A DNA stretch of 64,000 nt from assembly GCA_965112635.1 (NCBI GenBank), contig OZ218778.1:160001-224000 (forward strand), in the 5' to 3' direction. Made by a program: the position numbers and the translations under genes. Shown in pieces: positions 8,976-18,505 of the stretch; position 1 is the stretch's first letter, and every line of letters starts with the position of its first letter. Below the pieces are notes generated by a model. It did no database searches. It saw only the letters and a program-made list of their open reading frames with translations, and was not told the DNA's origin. This DNA is from an uncultured bacterium. GTDB taxonomy: Bacteria; Oederibacteriota; Oederibacteriia; Oederibacteriales; Oederibacteriaceae.

Positions 8976-9914
8976 TTAAAAAAGATAACTGACGCTCACT
9001 CGGTTGGAAGTCCCCAGGTCTCCGTAGGGCAGGTAGGCATAGTCCACCACGAAATCCTGGACGGTGAAACCGACCCCCGCGCTCAACCCCGTAAGGCCTT
9101 CCAATTGCATATCGCTCAGGTTGAGCTGGTAACCCGCCCGCAACGCAACCACCGAATACATCACATCCTCCGCGGCCAGTTGGATCTGGTTCACGCTGTT
9201 GGTTCCCACTTGCGCGCCCAGCGCCACGATCACCCTGCTCTGCTTGGCCAGCCTGACGTGGTAGGACCCGCCCACATTGAGCGCTCCGTCCAGCTGGTTC
9301 CCGTTGACCGCGGTCCCCAGATTGTTGTAACTGAGCCCCAGCCTGAAATTCTTGCCTATTTGCTTCATCAGCCCGAGTTCGCCGCTAAAAACCGAGACCG
9401 CCTGGCTGGACAGGGTCATCTGGGAGTATTTCAAGGTCAACCCGGCGAAATACTGGTCCATGAGCTCCGAACCCCAGCCCAGGGCCCCAGCGATGTTATT
9501 CCCCGTATAGCTCGAAGTCTGGGCACCCGTGCTGTCCCTGCCCTCAAAACTGCCATAATTCACGAAATCAACGGCTACGCCCAGGGTTCCGTATTCCATG
9601 GGCAGGCTCATGACCGCTGTCTCTTCCGTGATATCCGTGAGCCAACTGTTATGGTGAAAGGCGATCTCCCCGTCCTCCTGGAAGCCCAATCCGGCCGGGT
9701 TCCAAAAGACCGCCGAGGAATCGTCCGCCACCCCTACAAAGGCCGAGCCCATCACGTTGGCCCTGGCCGAAGGCCCCAGATTGCTGAGCGGCATCGCGTA
9801 ACCGCCCGAGGTCAACACCTGGGCCTGGCCCCAACCCAGGCTGGGTAGCAATAAACAAACCGCCGTGAGGATGGCCCCATAGGCCGTTTTAAAACCCGAG
9901 TAGTTTTTCATCAT
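8976..9914 (-). CDS. PorV/PorQ (UPF0164) family outer-membrane beta-barrel protein
   Basis: Signal peptide; SARANVMGSAFVGVADDSSAVFWNPAGL motif; C-terminal DYAYLPYGDLG...RVSVSYLF beta signal; ATGA overlap with upstream cargo gene. Confidence 0.88.
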   Translation of the reverse strand: MMKNYSGFKTAYGAILTAVCLLLPSLGWGQAQVLTSGGYAMPLSNLGPSARANVMGSAFVGVADDSSAVFWNPAGLGFQEDGEIAFHHNSWLTDITEETAVMSLPMEYGTLGVAVDFVNYGSFEGRDSTGAQTSSYTGNNIAGALGWGSELMDQYFAGLTLKYSQMTLSSQAVSVFSGELGLMKQIGKNFRLGLSYNNLGTAVNGNQLDGALNVGGSYHVRLAKQSRVIVALGAQVGTNSVNQIQLAAEDVMYSVVALRAGYQLNLSDMQLEGLTGLSAGVGFTVQDFVVDYAYLPYGDLGTSNRVSVSYLF

Positions 9915-11061
9915 TTCAGCACCATGAATTTCTTGGGCCCGATCTTTGTCGTTCCCTGATTTTGGTAGGTAAGGGTCAATATATACATATACACTCCTGT
10001 TGATAGATTTTTAATGTTTAAAACGCTCGTCTGAGGGCCCCCTTGCTTGTCTTCGGTCAAGGTTTCCACCAATTGCGCCGCGTCATTATACACTCTTATC
10101 TTCACGTTGCCAGGCCCTGATAGGGTATAAACGACATTGGCCTTATCGCCCGTCGCCGGGGATGGGTAGATAAAAGTGGCGCCTGCCGCGGCCGGGGTGG
10201 TGACAAAAGTCGGGCTGGCCGTTGTCGTAGGCTGGATCGTGGCGGTTTCGGATGGAGTGGTTGTCGGAGGTAGCGTCATGGTCTGGCTCGGCGTCACGGT
10301 CGAGGTGACCGTGTAAGTACTGGTCATGAGAGGCGTATTGGTGCTGGTCAAGGTCTGCGTCCCCGTAGTGGTCACCGTTCCGGTCAGAGAAGGCGTTAAA
10401 GTCAGGGTGGCTGTGCCTGACGGCGCAGGGGTTGGGGAATCGGTCAAAGTGCTCGTGTCCGTGATCGTGGCTGTGGCCGTCTGGGTCGCGGTAACGGTAA
10501 TGGTAGGGGTCTCCGTGGGCGTGCCGGTGCAGGCATTGCCATTGAGCATCAGGTCGTTGAATAAGAGGCCCACATTGGTCGTATTGCACTGCATGGTGAA
10601 CTTAGCTACATAATGAAAATCGGTCTCGTTGAGGATGCCGCTCTGAAAACCATTGTAACCCGTGGGACTGGGCACGTATTGCAGTTGGATGGTCTCCGCG
10701 GTCCAACTGGTCGGCGCGGTCAGCCAACTGCCATTGGGCAAATTGAAAGTGTCGTTGCCCGCCGAATCTTCAATGCCCACCCGGTACTGCACTCCAGTCA
10801 CCGTGGCGCAAATATAATATGTGACGGAGTCATAACAGCGCCAATCCCAATAAGCCGGGCTCGGGCCGTCGGTAATCTTGACGCATGCTCCATTCGGCGG
10901 CAAAGCCCCAAAATCTACTTCCAAAGAATGGTTAAAGTCATACCGTTCATCCTGTCCAGCATAAAAGATTGCGCGCCGGCTATTGAAGGAAATAACAAGG
11001 AAAAGAAGGAGAGAGCGGGAAAAAGATAAACCAGGAGGGTCCGGAAAGAAAACGTTCTCAT
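9911..11061 (-). CDS. Secreted protein with Thr-rich linker and T9SS-like CTD (subtype a), frameshifted
   Basis: Signal peptide MRTFSF...AGAQS in one frame, body in another. One extra T in the T4 run (10963-10966) restores AQSFYAGQDERYDFNHSLEVDFG. CTD FIYPSPATGD...KKFMVLK. Confidence 0.75.
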
Positions 11062-11108
11062 CAAAAAGTTACCCTTGTCCGATATATGATGACAAAATTG
11101 TTTCCCTG

Positions 11109-13193
11109 TCATTTCAGCACCATAAACTTCTTTGGACCAATCTTGCTGTTACCCTGGCCTTGATAAGTGATATTGATGATATAGAGATAAACCCCGGTCG
11201 CCAAACCCTTGGTGTCGATCAAACTTTCCTGGGGCCCTCCCTGCTTTTCATCCGCAACGGTTTCCACCAATTGCGCTGCGTCATTATACACCCGTATTTT
11301 CACGGTTCCAGGCCCCGTCATAAAATAGGTGATCTCTGCGGTATCTCCCGTGGCCGGGGATGGATAAATAAAGGTATTGCCCGGTGCCGGAGGAGTGGTG
11401 ACAAAGGTCGGGCTGGCCGTGGCGGTCTGGGACGGGGTGGAGGTCGGCGCGGCTGTCGTGGTCTGGCTCGGCGTCACGGTCACGGTGGCCGTTGAGGTGA
11501 TGGTCGCGGTCTGGGTGATGGTGTTCGTCGTGGTGCTCGTGGGGACGGGCGTGCTGGTCCCGGTAAAGGTCGGGGTGGCCGTGGCCGAGGAGGTGCTGGT
11601 CACGGTGACGGTCAAGGAACTGGTCCTGGTCGCGGTCCCAGTCCCCGAAGCGGTCCCGGTCACCGTCACGGTCGCGGTAATCGAAGCCGTGGGGGTGCTG
11701 GTGCTGGTCGCCGTATTGGAAGCCGTTTGGGTGGGCGTGGCCGTGGGTCTGGGCGGGCAGAACTGGATATCATCGATCCATATCGTATAGGGCCCGCCTG
11801 GATTGTTGAAATCAGCTAGAAAAGCCACATCCCCCATAGTATTCAGCTGGGGCATCGGCTCACGGTTGGGATTGAGGTTTGATGGGATATAGACGGTATA
11901 CTGGGTCCAGGTTGTTGCGGCGGAAAATCCGAAATAAGCCCAAGCCTGGTCATCGGCGGGATGGTCCCTGACCTGGAAGATAAAAGGTTCTCCCCCGCTC
12001 TGGCCTTTGGCCCAAAAAGAAACTTGGGTATAACTCGTCCAATCCGTCAGGGAACCCACCGAGACATAGAGGGCCACCCAGCCGCCGCCGGTGTTGTCCC
12101 AGGTAAATTTAATGGAGTCTCCCGAGGGTCCGCCGTGGTTCTGGGTGTTGTCATACATAAAGGAACCCGTAGCCGGCAGCGTGGCTGAAATAAGGGTAGC
12201 GCCTCCGCTGCTGGTAGGGTCTGTGCCGCTGTCGAAATTGGCCATCAAGTCCGGCACGGAACACATCGCCGGAGTGGGCGTGTTGGTCGGCGTGTTGGCG
12301 CACACGCAGGGCCCGGCGCCGGAACTGCTGACCTGGAAATCCGCGACACCGTCCGTACAGGTATATTTGCCCTTGGTGCTGCAGCACCCCGCGCCAAAGA
12401 TAAAATACGAGTTCGCTCCCCAGTTGGCCGAGATCGGCGTATAGGCCTGGGTGTTGACCAAAGTGCCGTTAAGGGTGAGATAGTTGTTGGTCCCGTCCCA
12501 TTGCAAGTTCACATGGAGGACCACCCCATTGCCATAGAGGGCGTCCTCGGTCGTCGCGGGGACCGTATACACGGTGTCCCCCCCGCTGGAATCCGTTTGG
12601 TAGGAAAGGATAAGGCTGGTCCCGGATTCGCCGGCATAAAAATGGAACAGGGGATCGCTGCCGGTGTCGTTGACGTCAAAGACCCAGTCCTGGGTATTGG
12701 CCGCCAGGCGGGTGGCCCAGGATTCGCTGGACCTGAGGTAAAAATCAACCGAGCCTCCGCAGGTGCTGAAATAATTCCCCACGTCCGCTCCGGACCAGAG
12801 GTAGTAACAGGAGTTGGCGCTCTGGCTTCCGCCCGTTCCGAAATACACGCCGTCGAGCAATCCCTGCCCGCCGCCGCTCTCAAACGCATTGCCGTCCACC
12901 GAACTGTAGTTAAGCGTGCCGGCCCCATTGACGACCACGGTCCCGCAGGGACCTTCGTGGGGTTTTATGGGGTTTCCGTTGAGATTGCCCCAAAGATTGG
13001 CGTTCGAGTTGTTCGTGGCATAATTGCCAAAAGGGGTCTCGTTATAGTTGCCCGCGATATAAAGCTGGACGCAGGACTGGGCGAAGGTTGTCTGGGAAAA
13101 ACACAGGATGATCATACTGACTAGAGCCAGCAAGCCACGCTGCAAGACGGTTGATACATTTTTCACAAATCTTTTTCTCCTGACAATAACCAA
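11109..13193 (-). CDS. Secreted modular protein: LamG-like + CBM11/CIA30-like domain, Thr-rich linker, T9SS-like CTD (subtype a)
   Basis: Signal peptide; DWTSYTQVSFWAKG...WTQYTV...IWIDDIQF carbohydrate-binding-like module; CTD closely similar to the adjacent gene; exact start uncertain. Confidence 0.82.
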   Translation of the reverse strand: MVIVRRKRFVKNVSTVLQRGLLALVSMIILCFSQTTFAQSCVQLYIAGNYNETPFGNYATNNSNANLWGNLNGNPIKPHEGPCGTVVVNGAGTLNYSSVDGNAFESGGGQGLLDGVYFGTGGSQSANSCYYLWSGADVGNYFSTCGGSVDFYLRSSESWATRLAANTQDWVFDVNDTGSDPLFHFYAGESGTSLILSYQTDSSGGDTVYTVPATTEDALYGNGVVLHVNLQWDGTNNYLTLNGTLVNTQAYTPISANWGANSYFIFGAGCCSTKGKYTCTDGVADFQVSSSGAGPCVCANTPTNTPTPAMCSVPDLMANFDSGTDPTSSGGATLISATLPATGSFMYDNTQNHGGPSGDSIKFTWDNTGGGWVALYVSVGSLTDWTSYTQVSFWAKGQSGGEPFIFQVRDHPADDQAWAYFGFSAATTWTQYTVYIPSNLNPNREPMPQLNTMGDVAFLADFNNPGGPYTIWIDDIQFCPPRPTATPTQTASNTATSTSTPTASITATVTVTGTASGTGTATRTSSLTVTVTSTSSATATPTFTGTSTPVPTSTTTNTITQTATITSTATVTVTPSQTTTAAPTSTPSQTATASPTFVTTPPAPGNTFIYPSPATGDTAEITYFMTGPGTVKIRVYNDAAQLVETVADEKQGGPQESLIDTKGLATGVYLYIINITYQGQGNSKIGPKKFMVLK

Positions 13194-13511
13194 ATAATGT
13201 TTCCTAAAGCCGTTTATATTAACTCTATTCAGCTAGGAAAAAAAGGGGGGAAAGGGTTTATTTCCAACACCCCTGATCAGGGTTAATATCTAAAAAAACA
13301 CTGGTTTTACCTGCTTTTTGACCGCTTTCCTGACCTTATACTATCCCATCGAGCAATTTATCATGCTCTAACTAAAAACACTCATAGTTTGGTCGGGTTG
13401 GAATATGATTTTTTGCTTTTTTACATCCTGCTCTTTACCTTTTCTATATTATAGGAGAACGTCGCATTCAGCACTGCATATCCCATTTTCCCTAACCTAG
13501 CCATCCGCTCA

Positions 13512-13540
13512 TTGACTTCAATTGGCGCAGATATTATTAT
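13512..13540 (+). promoter_or_regulatory. Sigma70-type promoter of GH38 gene
   Basis: TTGACT-N17-TATTAT 36 bp upstream of the ATG; AAGGAG RBS. Confidence 0.55.
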
Positions 13541-13576
13541 CACTATTCAAATCTTCCATCCTCAAAAGGAGCAAAA

Positions 13577-16500
13577 ATGAAAAAACCCACGATATACGTT
13601 GTCGCCACGGCGCACATTGATTCCCAGTGGCTCTGGACCATCCAGCATACGATCCACAACTGCATTCATACGACCCTGCGGCAGAACTTCAGCCTGTTTA
13701 AAAAATATCCTTTCTACAAATTCAACTTTGAGGGTACTTACCACTATATGTTGATGAAAGAATACTTCCCCGAGGATTTCAAGTTGCTGAAAAAATACGT
13801 CAGGCAGGGACGCTGGCTCTTATCCGGGTCCTGGTTCAATGCCACCGACGTCAATGTCCCCACCCCGGAGTCCATTTTCCGGCACGCCCTTTACGGCAAC
13901 GGTTTTTACCGCAAGGAGTTCGGCAAGGTCAGCCGGGACGTGTACCTTCCCGACTGTTTCGGTTTTGGCTACTCCCTGCCTTCCATCGCCAAGCACTCCG
14001 GCCTGGATTCTTTCTCTTCGGCCAAACTGCAGTGGTGTAACACGGCCATCCCCATCCCTTTCGGCGTGGGCCGCTGGGAGGGACCGGACGGCTCTGAGAT
14101 CGTGGCAGGCTTGAAATGCGGCCCCTACTGGAGGTTCATCAGGACCGATATCACCAGGGATCCCCTGTGGACCGGGCCTTTGACCGACGCCGGTGACACC
14201 AAGGTCTGCATCCAGTATGTCGGCACTGGCGACCAGGGCGGCGCTCCGGATGAGGAATCGGTCAAACGACTGGGTAAGTTCATTAAGGACAAGCATAGCC
14301 GGGTCAGGGTCGTCATGGCCTCCAACGACCAGCTGGCCAAGGAATTGACCAAGGAAGAAAGAGCGGCCCTTCCTCGCCATAAAGGCGAGCTCTTGATCAC
14401 GACCCACAGCGTCGGCGGCTACACCAGCCAGTCGGCCATGAAAAAGTGGAACCATATGAACGAGAACCTGGCGGACGCTGCGGAACGGTCCCTGGTGGCC
14501 GCGCAGTGGCTCGGCGGCCTGGACTATCCGGCTGAGTCCGTCAAAAAAGCCTGGCTGCATTTCATGAGCGTCCAGCACCACGACGACCTGCCGGGCACCT
14601 CCATCCCCGAAGCCTACCAGTTCGCCTGGAACGAGGAACTGGTCTCTCTCAACAAGTTCTCCAATCTTCTCGCTACCGGTGTGGGCTCGGTGGCCTGCTC
14701 CCTGGACACCCAGGTCCAAGGCATCCCCGTCCTGGTCTTTAATCCCCTTTCCCATCCGAGGCAGGATACGGTCGAAACGGCCGTCAAATTCAAAGGAAAA
14801 GCCCCCCGCCAGGCCAGGGTGTTTGACCCGGAAACCGGCCAGGAAGTCCCCAGCCAGGTTCTGTCCACGGAACAAGATACGATGAAACTCCTTATCCTGG
14901 CCAGCCTTCCTTCGGTGGGATTTAAGATCTTTGATGTCAGGACCTCGGACAAACCCTGTGCCCTAAAAACCGGGCTCAAGATCAGCGGGAAGACCATGGA
15001 AAACGACCGTTTTACGGTCCGTCTCGACGGAAACGGCAACATCGCCAGCATCGTCCAGAAAAACGACGGCAGGGAATTTTTGAAAGCTCCGGCCACCATC
15101 GAATATTTCGACAACCTTTCCAACTTTTGGCCTGCCTGGGAGATCCTTTACGACGCGGTCAGCCGTCCCAGCCGGACCACCCTGCGTCATCCTAAAATAA
15201 GGGTCGTAGAAAAGGGCCCAGTGAGGGTCAGCCTGGAGGTCGTCCGGTCGGCCGAAGGTTCCACCTTTACCCAACTTATCCGCTTGACCGCCTCCGGCGA
15301 CTGGGTGGAATGCGACACCAGCATCGATTGGAAAACCCCCGATGCTCTGGTCAAGGCCGTGTTCCCCCTGACCGCTTCTAACTCCAAAGCTACCTATGAC
15401 CTGGGCCTCGGGACTATAGAACGGGGCAACAACACACCCAGCCTCTACGAAGTGCCCGCCCAGCAGTGGGCTGACCTGACCGACTCATCGGGCCGGTTCG
15501 GCCTTTCCGTGCTGAGCCGTTATAAATACGGCTGGGACAAGCCCGGCGACAATGTCCTGCGGCTGACCCTCCTTCATACTCCCAGCATTGATGAAAAGAC
15601 CATGAATTTCACCAAACCCCAGACCTCCCTGGACATCGGCAGACATCATTTCAGTTATGCCTTGGCAGGCCACAGCCACAGCTGGGTCAATAGCGAGACA
15701 CCTTTGGTCGCCAGCCGCTTCAACCAGCCTCCCCTCGCTTTCCAGACCGTCAAACATCCCGGGACTTTGGGACGCGTCTGGAGTTTCCTCCAGGTCAGCA
15801 CCAGGCAGGTCGCGGTCAAGGCGGTCAAAAAAGCGGAGGACAGCAGCGAGATCGTCCTGCGGCTCCATGAACTCTACGGCCAGCCGGCCAAGAGGGTTAA
15901 GATCAGCCTGGCCGCTCCCGTGGCCAGCGTCCGGGAGATCAACGCCGCTGAAGAGCCGGTCGCCAACGGTGTCCCTGAAAACGGCTGCCTGGCGTTGGAC
16001 CTCCAAGCTTACCAGCCCCGTTCTTTTGCGCTCAAGCTGGCCTCGCCCAGAACCAAAGCCAAAAAACCGGCCAGCAAGCCTGTGCCCATCCCTCCCCAAT
16101 ACATCGACGCCTGCGTAGCTTCGGATCACAACGCCATTGAACTGGATAACAATTTTGTGGCTGCCGTGGATGAGGAACGCTCCTCTTACCCGGCCGAACA
16201 GCTTCCCCAAGAGCTTGTGGCGGACGGCGTTAGGTTCGTTCTCAAGACGGTCAAAGGGAAAAAGAACTACCGTTCCATCAACTATCACGCCATGGGCTGC
16301 AACGGCCAAACCATCCGCCTGCCCCGGGGCAGGTTCAACCGTCTCTATATCCTGGCCAGCGCTTTCCGCAACGACCAGACCGAAATCTTTAAGATCAAGA
16401 CCAGGAATGGCAAACTGGTCCCCTTTACCCTCACGGTCCAGGAATGGAGCGGCTGGATAGGTCAGTGGCATAGCAGGTTGGTCAACGGCCGGTTGGTCGT

Positions 16501-16789
16501 GAAATTGAACGACAAAGGGATTTTGGAAGGGTTGGATAAGATGGCCCCGGCCTACGTGAAAAAAGACAACATCGCCTGGCTGGGCACCCACATCCACCGT
16601 TTGGAAGAGAACAAATACGTGAGCGTGCCGAGAATCTTCTGTTATCTGTTCAAATACAGGATAGACCTGCCGCCCCAGGCTCAGGCCCTGGTCCTGCCGG
16701 ACAACTACCAGATACGGATCATGGGTCTGACCGTCGCCAAAAATGAAATAGACGGCACGGTCCCCGCCCAGGAACTGTTCGAGCTCTAG
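13577..16789 (+). CDS. Alpha-mannosidase, glycoside hydrolase family 38
   Basis: AHIDSQWLW, YLPDCFG, GTGDQGG, QHHDDLPGTSI, YEVPAQQWADL. Confidence 0.93.
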   Translation: MKKPTIYVVATAHIDSQWLWTIQHTIHNCIHTTLRQNFSLFKKYPFYKFNFEGTYHYMLMKEYFPEDFKLLKKYVRQGRWLLSGSWFNATDVNVPTPESIFRHALYGNGFYRKEFGKVSRDVYLPDCFGFGYSLPSIAKHSGLDSFSSAKLQWCNTAIPIPFGVGRWEGPDGSEIVAGLKCGPYWRFIRTDITRDPLWTGPLTDAGDTKVCIQYVGTGDQGGAPDEESVKRLGKFIKDKHSRVRVVMASNDQLAKELTKEERAALPRHKGELLITTHSVGGYTSQSAMKKWNHMNENLADAAERSLVAAQWLGGLDYPAESVKKAWLHFMSVQHHDDLPGTSIPEAYQFAWNEELVSLNKFSNLLATGVGSVACSLDTQVQGIPVLVFNPLSHPRQDTVETAVKFKGKAPRQARVFDPETGQEVPSQVLSTEQDTMKLLILASLPSVGFKIFDVRTSDKPCALKTGLKISGKTMENDRFTVRLDGNGNIASIVQKNDGREFLKAPATIEYFDNLSNFWPAWEILYDAVSRPSRTTLRHPKIRVVEKGPVRVSLEVVRSAEGSTFTQLIRLTASGDWVECDTSIDWKTPDALVKAVFPLTASNSKATYDLGLGTIERGNNTPSLYEVPAQQWADLTDSSGRFGLSVLSRYKYGWDKPGDNVLRLTLLHTPSIDEKTMNFTKPQTSLDIGRHHFSYALAGHSHSWVNSETPLVASRFNQPPLAFQTVKHPGTLGRVWSFLQVSTRQVAVKAVKKAEDSSEIVLRLHELYGQPAKRVKISLAAPVASVREINAAEEPVANGVPENGCLALDLQAYQPRSFALKLASPRTKAKKPASKPVPIPPQYIDACVASDHNAIELDNNFVAAVDEERSSYPAEQLPQELVADGVRFVLKTVKGKKNYRSINYHAMGCNGQTIRLPRGRFNRLYILASAFRNDQTEIFKIKTRNGKLVPFTLTVQEWSGWIGQWHSRLVNGRLVVKLNDKGILEGLDKMAPAYVKKDNIAWLGTHIHRLEENKYVSVPRIFCYLFKYRIDLPPQAQALVLPDNYQIRIMGLTVAKNEIDGTVPAQELFEL

Positions 16790-16804
16790 GAGTTCTGTAA
16801 GGGC

Positions 16805-17272
16805 TTAACGGATCTTGGCGCTGGCCACCTGGGTTTTGGACAGGCTGGTTAGCACCCGGCTAAAATGTTCCCGCATATCTTTTAAAGAGCTCAGCCGGAC
16901 AACCTGCATATTAACCTGGTCCAGCCTGACCGTGACGCCCGTCTGTTCCCGGATAATCCTTACAATGGCTGCATCAGGGTCATGTTTTGGGTCAAAGCTG
17001 AACTTATTGAACTCCTGGCCTTCGAGGGAACCCCTCTTGCTCCCTTTGGGCAGATAAATGGTGCCGTTGGTATAGTCCACCGCGAACGCCACGACCCCGG
17101 GAAGGATAAATAACAGCAGGCATACCGCGTCCAAAGCCACGATATTGACATCAAGTTCTCCTGATTTTTGCCCCCTGCGCTCCGGGTACAGCAGGTAGCC
17201 GCATCCCACGAACTGGACAAACACCAGCAAACAAAGCAGGGATGCCGCAACTTTCCCATAGATTGTTTTCAT
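16805..17272 (-). CDS. Conserved hypothetical membrane lipoprotein
   Basis: Lipobox-like FVG-C followed by YPERRGQ, a TM segment and AFAVDY..GTIYLP; GGAGG RBS. Confidence 0.7.
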   Translation of the reverse strand: MKTIYGKVAASLLCLLVFVQFVGCGYLLYPERRGQKSGELDVNIVALDAVCLLLFILPGVVAFAVDYTNGTIYLPKGSKRGSLEGQEFNKFSFDPKHDPDAAIVRIIREQTGVTVRLDQVNMQVVRLSSLKDMREHFSRVLTSLSKTQVASAKIR

Positions 17273-17316
17273 CTCTCTTTCCTCCTTAAATTTTAATTTT
17301 TATTCATCCAACTTAC

Positions 17317-18351
17317 TTACATCGTCAGGGTGATCTTGCGCAGTCCCCTGGGATGGTCGGGACTCATTCCCTTGGTCAGGGACAGGTAATAGCTGAACAG
17401 CTGGCCGGCCAGGATATAAGTGATGGGCGTGAGCATGGGGTCCATCTTGGGCATCCGTAAGGTCCCGTGGGCCAGCTTGAGTATGCCGGGTTCGCTGGAC
17501 ACGGCAATGATCTCGGCCTCTTTGGCCCTGAGCTTTTTGGCCACATCGAGCATGCTTTTATAGGTCGGGTCAGGCGGAGCGAACAGGATGACCGGGAAGT
17601 TTTTGTCCACGATGGCGATGGGTCCGTGCAAAAAGTCCGTGCCTGACATGGCCTCGGCTCTCAGGTAGCAGGTCTCTTTTAATTTGAGCGCGGTCTCCAG
17701 GGCCGTGGCGTAGTTAAATCCCCTTCCCAGCACCAGGCATTCCCGGATATAGCGGTAGGGTTCCACGGCCGCGCGAAAAACCTCCTTTTGCGACAATATT
17801 TTTCGCATCAGCCCCGGCACTTTGGCCAGCAAGCTGACGACCTCGGTCTTGCCGCCCAGGGAACAGGCCAGGAGATGCAGCAAAGCCAGCTGGGAGGTAT
17901 AAGTCTTGGTGGCCGGTACGGACCGCTCCGGGCCCGCGTTGCAATACAGGGCCGCGTGGGACTGTTTGACGATGCTGGAATTTTCCTGGTTGGTCACGGC
18001 CACGCAATAGGCCCCGAGCTTCTTGGCCTGGCGCATGCCGTCCACGATATCAATGGACTCGCCGGACTGGGAAATGCCTATGACCAGGGCATTGTGCAGG
18101 GAGATGGATTTTTTATACAGGGAAAGAAGCGAAGGGGCGGTCATCCCCACCGGGAACCCGTTGGTGTAGCCGAAAATATATTTGCCAAAAGCGGCCGCGT
18201 TGTCCGAGGTGCCCCTGGCATGGAAAAGCACGAAATCAATGACCCGGCGGTTCAGGTCCTTGCAGATCTTTTCCAAAGCCTTGCGGTTCTTGGCCACGAC
18301 CCGGCTGATGACCTCGGGCTGTTGCTCTATCTCTTGCAGCATGACCGACAT
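17317..18351 (-). CDS. Double-SIS-domain sugar-phosphate isomerase/deaminase (GlmS C-terminal-like)
   Basis: EIEQQP, ARGTSDNAA, ISQSGES, ATKTY, ALKLKE, FLHGP, PDHPRGLRKIT; no glutaminase domain. Confidence 0.88.
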   Translation of the reverse strand: MSVMLQEIEQQPEVISRVVAKNRKALEKICKDLNRRVIDFVLFHARGTSDNAAAFGKYIFGYTNGFPVGMTAPSLLSLYKKSISLHNALVIGISQSGESIDIVDGMRQAKKLGAYCVAVTNQENSSIVKQSHAALYCNAGPERSVPATKTYTSQLALLHLLACSLGGKTEVVSLLAKVPGLMRKILSQKEVFRAAVEPYRYIRECLVLGRGFNYATALETALKLKETCYLRAEAMSGTDFLHGPIAIVDKNFPVILFAPPDPTYKSMLDVAKKLRAKEAEIIAVSSEPGILKLAHGTLRMPKMDPMLTPITYILAGQLFSYYLSLTKGMSPDHPRGLRKITLTM

Positions 18352-18505
18352 GATAGCTCCTCCCTGCCTATGAATCTTGCCAGAAACAGGGACAATAATC
18401 AATTGCACCTGAAAAATAGGGCCCTTTCACTATGGTCAAACCCGGACCATACTGCTATGATTTTGTTCTGCAACTCCACATCCCATCCAAGAAGGAGGTT
18501 TTCCT

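Noticed and set aside
11377-11790. Val/Ala-rich antisense ORFs (also 10326, 46193, 50446, 57389, 61333)
   Set aside because: Mirror images of Thr-codon-rich linkers on the opposite strand
17317-18351. glmS and a glmS ribozyme
   Set aside because: No N-terminal Cys glutaminase domain and no ribozyme consensus in the short upstream region
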